Positions 1 to 8,049 of a DNA stretch of 29,602 nucleotides are shown here, in pieces. Numbering within the stretch: position 1 is the stretch's first letter; each line of letters opens with the position of its first letter. Below the pieces are notes generated by a model. The model was not told where the DNA came from and ran no database searches. It saw only the letters and a list, made by a program, of their open reading frames with translations. The stretch covers positions 1 through 29,602 of the IMG/VR virus record IMGVR_UViG_2740892234_000018; one strand, given 5' to 3'. The DNA is from a virus. Taxonomy: Duplodnaviria; Heunggongvirae; Uroviricota; Caudoviricetes. Made by a program: the position numbers and the translations under genes.

Positions 1-1005
1 TTAATCCCCCGTGGACACTGCGTGGACACTCACGCCACCTTTCAGCGGATTAAGGGCCACCGCATCCTGCAGGTAATCCGGTGCAAAATGTGCATATGCC
101 ATTGTTTGCTGAATGGTTGCGTGGCCAAGAATCTTCTGAAGCGCAATAATGTTTCCTCCGTTCATCACAAAATGGCTGGCGAACGTATGCCGCAGCACAT
201 GTGCAGCCTGGCCTTTTGGCAAATCGGGCTTAACTCTTTTCAGCGCCAAGCAGAATTCCCGGTACTTCACCTCAAACAAGCCGCCTGTTTCTCTGGTTTT
301 GATCGCCTCACAAACTGCCTGCGAAATTGGCACTGTTCTCTTTCGGCCATTTTTGGTTTCAAGAAACGTTACACGGTTATGAACTATCTGTTCACCACGA
401 AGCTTACAAGCTTCACTCCAGCGCGCCCCCGTGCTTAAACACAAAAGCGCAACACGCCAGTAATCGCCCTCCAGTGTATCGAGCAATAGCGCCACTTCCT
501 TCTGGGACAGGAAAGCCATTTCTCGTGGAGATACATAAAGAATAGAAATTCCCCTTACCGGATGTTCTGCATCCCAGAGGCCTATTTTCTTCAGTACGGT
601 AAACATTCCGGATAACCGATTCATGTATCTGTTAGCAGATGACGGTTTCAATCCATCAGCTATCTTTTGAGAACGCCACGCGATAATTTTTAGCTTATCA
701 AGATCCACAGCCTGCATATCAGCGCCAAGCTCATTGATTATGTTGCGCAGTTGTTTTCGGTCTTCTTCCGCCTTACGCCTGTGCTGGCCGTGATACATCC
801 ACCACAACTCAAGCAAATCATTTAGCGTTCGACGATCACGGTAGCCCTGTATATATTCCCGCTTTTCAGCGTTCGCCATGATGTAGCGTTCAGTGGCCAC
901 CGCTACCGATTTTTTGTCAAATACCTTACGCACGCGCTTTCCCTTGCGTCCGTTCGGCCTGATGTCCAGCAAATAACGACCATCTTCGAGCTTCTTAATC
1001 GACAT
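1..1005 (-). CDS. int: Tyrosine integrase (P2 Int-like)
   Basis: ORF 1..1020; start chosen at MSIKKLEDGRY by similarity to recalled P2 Int N-terminus. Contains ARWSEA, HVLRHTFASH and AYAHFAPDYL, matching the tyrosine recombinase R..HxxR..Y catalytic pattern. Confidence 0.9.
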   Translation of the reverse strand: MSIKKLEDGRYLLDIRPNGRKGKRVRKVFDKKSVAVATERYIMANAEKREYIQGYRDRRTLNDLLELWWMYHGQHRRKAEEDRKQLRNIINELGADMQAVDLDKLKIIAWRSQKIADGLKPSSANRYMNRLSGMFTVLKKIGLWDAEHPVRGISILYVSPREMAFLSQKEVALLLDTLEGDYWRVALLCLSTGARWSEACKLRGEQIVHNRVTFLETKNGRKRTVPISQAVCEAIKTRETGGLFEVKYREFCLALKRVKPDLPKGQAAHVLRHTFASHFVMNGGNIIALQKILGHATIQQTMAYAHFAPDYLQDAVALNPLKGGVSVHAVSTGD

Positions 1006-1101
1006 TGCGAAGCCCTCCAATGAACCGCTCTACAATTTCTCCAGCCTCTTTCCAGCAATAATCAGACCAGACAAAAAGCAGGTCTAACCAGTTTTCTGGC
1101 C

Positions 1102-1422
1102 TCAGCGGGATAATTTTTGGATTGTTTCGGTTGAAACACGATCTCCCTCCGAATTGCAGGAACCATCAAGAGAGAGAGCCGGAGAAATTTGCCCAACCTC
1201 CGGCATCGTTTCATCTGTTGATAACCAATAAGCATATTTCTTAAATTTAGGGTGTTTCGTAACCTTAAGTAAGGCACCCTCTGTTACTTGCTTCCCCCTC
1301 ACCTCATAGTTAGTTACCGTCCCATAAGGCAGCCCAACACAATCCGCAAACTCCTGGCGGGTCATACCTTCTGCTTCACGAATCAGGCGAAATTTTTCAC
1401 CCATGCTTGACAAAGATGCCAT
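1102..1422 (-). CDS. C: Immunity repressor (P2 C-like, HTH)
   Basis: ORF 1102..1476. HTH segment MTRQEFADCVGLPYGTVTNYE; divergent from cox. Start taken at the internal ATG preceded by GGAGGA (about 106 aa, close to P2 C size). Exact start uncertain. Confidence 0.75.
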   Translation of the reverse strand: MASLSSMGEKFRLIREAEGMTRQEFADCVGLPYGTVTNYEVRGKQVTEGALLKVTKHPKFKKYAYWLSTDETMPEVGQISPALSLDGSCNSEGDRVSTETIQKLSR

Positions 1423-1535
1423 ATCGGGCATATCCTCCATCGCAACATGCCACATCGGGCATAAACATAAAAACACTCAAATAAGCCGATATAAGCCATT
1501 TTGAGCCATTCGAACGAATTAGGGAGATTACCACA
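1423..1535. promoter_or_regulatory. Divergent lysis-lysogeny switch region (Pe/Pc-like promoters and operators)
   Basis: 113-bp gap between divergent C and cox. Direct repeat AGCCATT-ttg-AGCCATT and an ATGCC...GGGCAT dyad are present; P2 C binds direct repeats. Confidence 0.5.
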
Positions 1536-1823
1536 ATGAGCGAATCAGAGCTTGGGGGCTTCATTCAGGTAGCACCATATCCACTTGAAGCGGTGCCATA
1601 TCAACTATTCGCCAAGATGATCGGCCGCAAGGAATCCACAGTCAGAACCATGATTGACGCAGCAAAGCTACCGACAATTGACTTTGTGAAACCAGGTTCA
1701 GTAAAGACGCGTGCATCAGAAAACTGGGTATATCTGCCAGCATTTAACGAAGGCATGCGCAAAGCGTTTTTTGAGCAACCGAAAGAACGCCGCGATGCAT
1801 GGTTGTTGTGGCTGGGGCTTTAG
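1536..1823 (+). CDS. cox: Cox-like excisionase / switch regulator
   Basis: 95 aa; AVPYQLFAKMIGRKESTVRTMID...WVYLPAFNEG...WLLWLGL resembles recalled P2 Cox. SD GGGAGA 8 nt upstream. Confidence 0.8.
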   Translation: MSESELGGFIQVAPYPLEAVPYQLFAKMIGRKESTVRTMIDAAKLPTIDFVKPGSVKTRASENWVYLPAFNEGMRKAFFEQPKERRDAWLLWLGL

Positions 1824-1829
1824 TCATAA

Positions 1830-2036
1830 ATGACCAGCCATATCATCAGCGCCATTCTGACCCTTGTTTTTATTGAGATAGGCGTAATAGCGATCTATTT
1901 GTTTCGTAAGTTAACGGGACATGAAGAACGCTTTATTGAACTCAGCATTAAATATATCGCCGCTTATACCAAAGGGCTTTTCCCGGCAGCTATTGGGGCG
2001 ATGTTTATAGCGTTTGTTATCTGGTTTATCGGGTGA
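1830..2036 (+). CDS. Hypothetical small membrane protein
   Basis: 68 aa with two hydrophobic stretches (ISAILTLVFIEIGVIAIYLF; AAIGAMFIAFVIWFIG). Weak RBS. Confidence 0.45.
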   Translation: MTSHIISAILTLVFIEIGVIAIYLFRKLTGHEERFIELSIKYIAAYTKGLFPAAIGAMFIAFVIWFIG

Positions 2037-2063
2037 GAAACCTGATAAACCACAACTACTGCA

Positions 2064-2183
2064 ATGAGGGTAATTATGTGTGGCATGGACAAATTGGACC
2101 TTATGTTAATTGTAATACTATCAATTAACTTCGGTTACCTCTTAAGCGGCGTAATTCTCATGTGCGGAGGCAAACGAAAATGA
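2064..2183 (+). CDS. Hypothetical 39-aa hydrophobic peptide
   Basis: ATG..TGA in frame; stop overlaps next ATG (ATGA). Below the ORF-track size cutoff; read by hand. Confidence 0.25.
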   Translation: MRVIMCGMDKLDLMLIVILSINFGYLLSGVILMCGGKRK

Positions 2184-2287
2184 ACCAGCAGTCCGCAAAA
2201 CGTGAAAACAATGCGATGCGATTTAATCGCAAATATTTTGAGTTTGGCAGCTATGCCGGAATAATTAAATCTGTACAGAGTCTTTAA
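2180..2287 (+). CDS. Hypothetical 35-aa protein
   Basis: GGAGG 8 nt upstream of ATG; stop 1 nt before the next gene's ATG. Confidence 0.35.
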   Translation: MNQQSAKRENNAMRFNRKYFEFGSYAGIIKSVQSL

Positions 2288-2288
2288 C

Positions 2289-2630
2289 ATGAAACAGCAA
2301 CGTAATTCACGCTTTCGTAATGGTGCTGAACGTCACGCTAACCGTTTCGCTACCAGTGCATCACGCAACAACATTCGCTACAGCCTGAGTGATACACACG
2401 CAACGCCGGATGGCTACCCAGTAAAACAAATCGGCGAGCATGCCTGGCTAATTGAGAAAGCTGGAATCGTGGTCCACAAATGCCCACGCAATCCGTTTAC
2501 TGGAAACCGCATTTTTGCTCTAAGCAGCGGCGACAATCAGTTCGGGCAGGATTTCACATTATACGAAGCACTACGCACGGTTGATCGTCTGCTTCGCGGA
2601 CAAAGTTTTATTAAACAGGCTGATTTATAA
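2289..2630 (+). CDS. Hypothetical early-region protein
   Basis: 113-aa ORF, same strand as cox, tightly packed with neighbours. Confidence 0.55.
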   Translation: MKQQRNSRFRNGAERHANRFATSASRNNIRYSLSDTHATPDGYPVKQIGEHAWLIEKAGIVVHKCPRNPFTGNRIFALSSGDNQFGQDFTLYEALRTVDRLLRGQSFIKQADL

Positions 2631-2640
2631 CAGGTGCTTT

Positions 2641-2928
2641 ATGACCAAAGACCATGCACAAGGTGTATTTATCCGTTTTATTGATTTTCGCGGTGAACTG
2701 TTATTACGCGCATCCGCTATTGATGGAGTGGCTCCGGCGGGTAAAAACGGAGCCGACGAAGCCACTTACGTTTATCTGAACGGCACGCGACTGCTTGTGG
2801 AACTTCCGTACCAGACCGTACGAGAAATCATTAGCAAAGCTGAAAAAGCGCGCCAGGCTAATGGCAATGAACCCTATATCGAAATTATTTGCATGGATTC
2901 AGAAGCTGAAATTCAGAAAGCAGATTAA
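2641..2928 (+). CDS. Hypothetical early-region protein
   Basis: In-frame ATG at 2641 within ORF 2581..2928, chosen to avoid overlap with the upstream gene; 95 aa. Confidence 0.5.
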   Translation: MTKDHAQGVFIRFIDFRGELLLRASAIDGVAPAGKNGADEATYVYLNGTRLLVELPYQTVREIISKAEKARQANGNEPYIEIICMDSEAEIQKAD

Positions 2929-2939
2929 AGGGTGTTGCA

Positions 2940-3182
2940 ATGGACAAAGAATATAAAACACTCATCAACAAAGCACTTGAGCGTTTTTATTTTCGCTTAA
3001 GTGCATCAGGCGCTCATGCTGAACGTGCAGCCCGTGACTCATTGACCAGGGCAATCCGGAGTCTGTATGACGTGGCTTTTTACGCTGATGATCTGGATGC
3101 ACTTAACGAACTTTCCGAGCTAATCTGTGCCGCAGAATGCGGGGAACATATTGAACCGTATAAGCTGGGGAATATCGCATGA
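2940..3182 (+). CDS. Hypothetical early-region protein
   Basis: 80 aa; SD AAGGGTG upstream. Confidence 0.55.
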   Translation: MDKEYKTLINKALERFYFRLSASGAHAERAARDSLTRAIRSLYDVAFYADDLDALNELSELICAAECGEHIEPYKLGNIA

Positions 3183-3292
3183 GTATATTTATCTCATGGC
3201 TTGTTCTGATTATTTCTGTGGTCTGCGCCATTGGGATTATGCGAATTATTCATTCAGTAAAAAAGATTGAACGCTTTTTCACTGGCGAATAA
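3179..3292 (+). CDS. Hypothetical 37-aa membrane peptide
   Basis: ATGA overlap with upstream stop; single hydrophobic helix ISWLVLIISVVCAIGIM. Confidence 0.3.
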   Translation: MSIFISWLVLIISVVCAIGIMRIIHSVKKIERFFTGE

Positions 3293-3579
3293 CAGAGAAA
3301 AATAAAACCACAGGTTAAATAAGAAAATGTAAAAACAATCCGCATTCGCGGAGGTATTCGCATACGCCAAGGAGGCGTAATAGCAATTAAGCATTTTCCT
3401 GTCGTTCGTTTTACCTCCAGAGGACGTGAATACGAAGTCGACGAACGCCTGATTACCACAATCGACAAACACCGTTCAGAAAAGGATGCACATCACATCT
3501 ATCTCACTGACGGCACTAACTTCTGCGCCACGAATGTGGTGCAGGTGAACCTTATCCGACAGGTACAGGAGTCACGCAG

Positions 3580-3825
3580 ATGACCATTCTGGATTATATC
3601 GCTGCCAATCCGGGGTGTAGCGGTGGAGAAATCGCCGCAGCACTGAATACCCCAACCACAGCCATTAATGCGGAGTTACGCCGACTCTGGCGCAGCGGTT
3701 CAGTCATAAGAAAAGAGCGCAAAACAGGCGGTCGCTTTTCTTACCAGATAAACCCGATGCCGTTCGGGTGCGGCAATCCACTTACCAACATGTTTAACCA
3801 GCTACTGAAGGAAGCCAGAGCATGA
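3580..3825 (+). CDS. Hypothetical small DNA-binding protein (possible winged helix)
   Basis: 81 aa; SD AGGAG 9 nt upstream. N-terminal CSGGEIAAALNTPTTAINAELRRLWRSGSV is HTH-like. Stop overlaps next start. Confidence 0.55.
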   Translation: MTILDYIAANPGCSGGEIAAALNTPTTAINAELRRLWRSGSVIRKERKTGGRFSYQINPMPFGCGNPLTNMFNQLLKEARA

Positions 3826-4121
3826 GCGCCATCAACCACCAGGAATTACGCGAACTGGCAACTGACCTTCAACGAATGGCAACGCATCAAAAATTACTGG
3901 CGTTTCGCGCAATGCTCTCGCCGTCTGCTGTGCTGGCACTGCTGGATGAGCTGGAGCACGCCAGAACCACGGCTCCTGCCATTCGCCTGACACTCCATCA
4001 TGAAATCGCTGATTTCTGCGCGACGTTGGAGGCACCCGGCGAACCGGAAACGCCGGAAGCAATACAGCAAGAGCTGCTGCAACGCATTGACAAGGTTTTT
4101 GATTTTTTTCTGAACCAGTAA
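3822..4121 (+). CDS. Hypothetical early-region protein
   Basis: 99 aa; ATGA coupling with the upstream gene. Confidence 0.55.
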   Translation: MSAINHQELRELATDLQRMATHQKLLAFRAMLSPSAVLALLDELEHARTTAPAIRLTLHHEIADFCATLEAPGEPETPEAIQQELLQRIDKVFDFFLNQ

Positions 4122-4443
4122 GAAACCAGAACATGCACACACAAAAAAACCGCTTGCCATGCCGCAATCAGTCAGGTTACATTTCCGCTGCACCTCACAA
4201 AACGGGTGCCGGGTTTCGCAGCCTGCTGACTACACAAGCGCACAACCGCGCCAGCGGTTTTTTTGTGCGTACTGTATTGCCACGTTTTTTTCGCGTCAGA
4301 ATTATGGCGGGGCGTACGGGGCCGACTTCGGTCGGGCCGGGTTCTTGTGTAGCCGGTACTGCGAACCTCGTACGTCTCGCCACCCACAGTTTCGCAGCTC
4401 TGGATGGTGAGTTTTCACAACTTACTACACAAGGGGCCACACC
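4122..4443 (+). other. Structured non-coding region (possible small RNA or leader)
   Basis: No convincing CDS. Two TTGCCA-N17-(TTACAT / AATTAT) promoter-like motifs; a 76-nt GC-rich element 4306..4381 with a 13-bp closing stem and an inner CCGAC-UUCG-GUCGG hairpin; repeated GTTTCGCAGC and ACTACACAAG motifs. Confidence 0.3.
4244..4264 (+). terminator. Rho-independent terminator-like hairpin
   Basis: AACCGC-gcca-GCGGTT perfect 6-bp stem followed by a run of seven T. Confidence 0.6.
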
Positions 4444-4674
4444 ATGGCAAACCGCAAACCACACCGCGCTATCGCGGAGCGTCGTCACATCCAGACTGAA
4501 ATCAACCGCAGACTTTCCCGCGCATCACGCGTCGCGCAAATCATGCACATCAATATGCTGCATGAGCACAGCCACGCACTATCAAACATTTATTCCGCCT
4601 CTGTTTTCAGCTATCTGGCGGATGATCTGCACGAGCTTCAACAGCTCATCCAGCAGCAAAACAAACTCCATTAA
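4444..4674 (+). CDS. Hypothetical early-region protein
   Basis: 76 aa; SD AAGGGG about 7 nt upstream. Confidence 0.5.
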   Translation: MANRKPHRAIAERRHIQTEINRRLSRASRVAQIMHINMLHEHSHALSNIYSASVFSYLADDLHELQQLIQQQNKLH

Positions 4675-4746
4675 TTCCTGTTCCGGGCCTTTCCTGCACC
4701 TTGCGGCGGGAGGCCTTCGCACATCTGTAGTAAAGAGAATTGCAGC

Positions 4747-5136
4747 ATGATTGACCGTCACGACTTCGTAAAATGGGTGCGCACACAGGACACCCGTCTG
4801 GCCCCAAAACTTCAGGCAATGTTTGATTTTTATCTCCGTGCCCGCGCCAGCCGGGCACGCACCACAAAACCGGAGAACGCAGACACCCTTTATTTCACCG
4901 TGGACGACTGTTACCGCGTAGCCTTCACGCCACAAGGTCTGGCCCTGTACACCCTGACACCACACGGCGACTCCCTGCTGGCGTATTACAACTCCCCGGC
5001 CTCCGTATTTGCGGCAATGCTGGCGCATCGTACCGCTGGCGGGTGTGCCTCGCTGAGTGAATACACCACTGAATTTAACCGCCTTTCCGTCATCTTCTCG
5101 CAGGAGTGGCAGCGCGTGACGGGATACCAGCCATGA
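4747..5136 (+). CDS. Hypothetical early-region protein upstream of gene A
   Basis: 129 aa; stop overlaps the ATG of gene A (ATGA). Confidence 0.55.
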   Translation: MIDRHDFVKWVRTQDTRLAPKLQAMFDFYLRARASRARTTKPENADTLYFTVDDCYRVAFTPQGLALYTLTPHGDSLLAYYNSPASVFAAMLAHRTAGGCASLSEYTTEFNRLSVIFSQEWQRVTGYQP

Positions 5137-7973
5137 GTGAGTTTGCATGGAGCTGGAATGAACCGCAGCCAGCTATTGATCCGGACGACTTCGCGAACTT
5201 CAGCCAGTTGCCAAAAACCGGACTGCAACGCGCCATTCGTTACTACTATGAGGCGGACAAAAAGGCTCAGGAAGAACAGGATGCGAAGGAAGAAGCCTTT
5301 TTCGCACAATCCGCCATGGGTAAAAAACTCATGGCATCCCTTGAGGAAGCCGGGCAACGCGAAAAACTGATAAAAAACATCATCAGTAAGCGCCAGGAAA
5401 TAAAGCAAGACCCGGTGGCCTGCGCCTTTGCCGAACTGAAGGCACTTCCCGTTTATCTGCGAGACCCCCTGAGCCGCCGCCTCTCTTTTTTACGTAAGAA
5501 GCAGGAATCTGACCGCCAGAAAGGAAAAAACGCCAGGCTGGCAGAACGCTATGCACAAGGAACCCTGCTCAAAATATTCAAACGTCTGAAACGCACTGAC
5601 GGACGCTGGCTGACACCGTGTTATTGCTCCCTTGCCGGACGCGAACGCCTGGACGATTTGCTTTACCTGCCGCAGCTCAACAAACACCAGATACAGACGC
5701 TGGCCACCATGACGGCGGCGATGTTCAGCAGCACTTTTGAAACACTCTGCGATAACTTTGGCGCGACCGATGGCGAGCTGACCATGAAAATTGCGCTGAA
5801 GGCGTATCAGATGCTGGCCCGCATGGCGTTACATCTGCACACCATGCCGCCGCATTACGAAGCACTGAGAACGGACAAAGACCGGAAGAACGCACCGAAT
5901 ACGGAGCTGCTGCCGGGTGCCATCCTTCGCCTGACCTGTGCGGAATGGTGGAAACACAAACTGTGGCTTTTACGTTGCGAGTGGCGGGAAGAACAACTCC
6001 GTGCCGCCTGTCTGGTTTCCAGAAAAACATCACCCTATCTGAGCCAGGACGCGTTAAGCGAGTTTCGCGCACAGCGCGAGAAAACACGCGATTTTCTGAA
6101 AAGTTTCATGCTGGAAAATGAAGACGGGTTCACGATTGATCTCGAGACGGTGTATTACGCGGGAGTAAGTAACCCGGTTCACCGTAAGGCAGAAATGATG
6201 GCCACCATGAAGGGACTGGAACTTCTGGCCGAAGCCCGTGGCGACAGAGCGGTGTTTCTGACTGTCACCTGCCCGTCAAAATACCACGCAACAACGGAGA
6301 ACGGTCATCCGAACCCCAAATGGAACGGGGCCACCATGCGCGACTCCAGCGATTACCTGGTTAACACGTTTTTTGCGGCGGTCCGCAAAAAACTGAACCG
6401 CGACGGTCTGCGCTGGTATGGCATCCGCACGGTGGAGCCTCACCATGACGGCACTGTGCACTGGCATATGATGGTCTTTGCACATCCGGACGAGATTGAA
6501 ACCATCGTGTCCCACGTCTGCGATATTGCCATTCAGGAAGACCGCCACGAGCTGGGCGATGACATAACTCCGCGTTTTAAGGCGGAGTACGTAGACGGCT
6601 CAAAAGGCACACCAACCAGCTACATCGCCACCTACATCGGAAAGAACCTGGACAGCCGCGCCGTGGATGGCATCGACCCGAAAACGGGCAAGCCACGCGT
6701 TGACCACGAAACCGGAAAATCAATGGCCGAGAGCGTGGAACGCGCCATCGGCTGGGCGCGCCTTCACCGGGTCCGCCAGTTCCAGTTCTTTGGTATCCCC
6801 TCCCGTCAGGTGTGGCGTGAACTGCGCCGCCTTGCCAGCCAGATGGCACGCAACCCGGAAGGCCCGCAACGGCTGAAGGATGACGCAATGGACGCGGTAC
6901 TCGCTGCCGCTGATGCCGGATGTTTTGCCACCTACATTGAGAAACAGGGTGGCGTACTTGTTCCACGCAAAGACTACCTGATTCGCACCGCCTACGACCT
7001 CGCAGATGAGCTGAACGATTACGGTGAACAGAGCGTACAGATTTACGGGATCTGGTCGCCGCTCATTGGGGAGTCTTCCCGCGTATGCACGCATCCGGAT
7101 AACTGGAAGCTGGTAAGACGCAAACCGGAAGCGGAAGACAGCGCCCGCGAAAATGGTTTTGACCTTCAGGGCGGCCCTGCCGCCCCTTGGACTCGTGGCA
7201 ATAACTGTCCCCGTGTACAGGAAACAGACAACAACGGGACAGAACAGCCGGAAGAACGACCAACATCGTGGCTGCAGCTCCCTGACGGCGTTGAAGTGAA
7301 CGAATGGATGCGCTCACTGAAACGACACGAACGCCGGGCGCTGATGCGTTCGCTTCGTGACAAACAGGCAAAAAACAGCAGCGATGAAATGCAGAGCTGG
7401 ACACAGAGCCGCAAACAGCCGCGGCCTTTGCCTGATAACCACGAGTTACTCGCTAAAGAATGGCGGGAGTCTGCTGAATCTCTCGGCCTGCATATCGGTG
7501 AACAGCAGATGCAGCACCTGTTACGGGGCGGCAGTCTGTACGTTGACGGCAGCATCATTGCACCGCAGGGATTTGAAATTGTACGCAAACCGGATACCCG
7601 CCCGGACAGCCGAATCACGCAGCTCTGGCAACGCCTGAGCCGTAATCACGGCGTAAGCAGCACGGAGATCCGCCATAACCCGGTCGCCAGCTATCTGGAA
7701 CAGCTAGGGGCATCAGACCCCGAAGCCGCCGCACGCCTGGCATCCACACTTCAGCAGGACCAGAACACCATGAAAACCCCCGTTACCGTGCTTTCTGACA
7801 TGCTGCGCGCCATCCGTGACGCAGAGCACGCACAGAGAATCAGTGAAACCACTGAACGCGCCCGCCGCAAAGCAGACCTGCTGCGGAGTGGCCTGACCAG
7901 TGGAAACAAAAAACAGACAGAAACGGGATTCACAAATCCCGTAAATGAGCAAAAAACGCGCCAAAAAACATGA
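5133..7973 (+). CDS. A: Rolling-circle replication initiator (P2 gpA family, HUH endonuclease)
   Basis: HUH motif VHWHMMVF and catalytic tyrosine pair in SYIATYIGKN (Y-x-x-x-Y). Start taken at ATG 5133 rather than the track's GTG 5106. 946 aa. Confidence 0.9.
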   Translation: MSEFAWSWNEPQPAIDPDDFANFSQLPKTGLQRAIRYYYEADKKAQEEQDAKEEAFFAQSAMGKKLMASLEEAGQREKLIKNIISKRQEIKQDPVACAFAELKALPVYLRDPLSRRLSFLRKKQESDRQKGKNARLAERYAQGTLLKIFKRLKRTDGRWLTPCYCSLAGRERLDDLLYLPQLNKHQIQTLATMTAAMFSSTFETLCDNFGATDGELTMKIALKAYQMLARMALHLHTMPPHYEALRTDKDRKNAPNTELLPGAILRLTCAEWWKHKLWLLRCEWREEQLRAACLVSRKTSPYLSQDALSEFRAQREKTRDFLKSFMLENEDGFTIDLETVYYAGVSNPVHRKAEMMATMKGLELLAEARGDRAVFLTVTCPSKYHATTENGHPNPKWNGATMRDSSDYLVNTFFAAVRKKLNRDGLRWYGIRTVEPHHDGTVHWHMMVFAHPDEIETIVSHVCDIAIQEDRHELGDDITPRFKAEYVDGSKGTPTSYIATYIGKNLDSRAVDGIDPKTGKPRVDHETGKSMAESVERAIGWARLHRVRQFQFFGIPSRQVWRELRRLASQMARNPEGPQRLKDDAMDAVLAAADAGCFATYIEKQGGVLVPRKDYLIRTAYDLADELNDYGEQSVQIYGIWSPLIGESSRVCTHPDNWKLVRRKPEAEDSARENGFDLQGGPAAPWTRGNNCPRVQETDNNGTEQPEERPTSWLQLPDGVEVNEWMRSLKRHERRALMRSLRDKQAKNSSDEMQSWTQSRKQPRPLPDNHELLAKEWRESAESLGLHIGEQQMQHLLRGGSLYVDGSIIAPQGFEIVRKPDTRPDSRITQLWQRLSRNHGVSSTEIRHNPVASYLEQLGASDPEAAARLASTLQQDQNTMKTPVTVLSDMLRAIRDAEHAQRISETTERARRKADLLRSGLTSGNKKQTETGFTNPVNEQKTRQKT

Positions 7974-8018
7974 AGTGCGCACAAAACAGGCAAAAGCGGG
8001 ATTTCAGAATCCCGTAAA
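7925..8018. repeat. Two copies of a 21-bp hairpin motif GGGATT-N4-AATCCCGTAAA
   Basis: Copies at 7925..7945 (inside the 3' end of A) and 7998..8018 (just upstream of the ParM-like gene); each contains the dyad GGGATT/AATCCC. Confidence 0.6.
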
Positions 8019-8049
8019 CGATTAATTAATCAACATAAGGAAAACCGAC

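Noticed and set aside
4306-4381. Possible tRNA (76-nt element with a 7-bp terminal stem)
   Set aside because: No T-arm, D-arm or anticodon-arm geometry could be fitted, and the 3' end is ACCCA rather than discriminator plus CCA; kept only as an unspecified structured element.
4122-4443. Retron-like ncRNA (repeats flanking a structured RNA)
   Set aside because: No reverse transcriptase gene is present anywhere in the window.
4133-4750. 205-aa ORF spanning the non-coding early region
   Set aside because: Composition (Ser/Thr/Arg-rich, many Cys) and overlap with the better-supported ORF 4444..4674 suggest it is not coding; the region is better explained by a terminator and structured RNA.
5106-5132. 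GTG start for gene A as given in the ORF track
   Set aside because: The SD-like AGGAG abuts the GTG with no spacer; ATG at 5133 is translationally coupled to the upstream stop and is the more plausible start.
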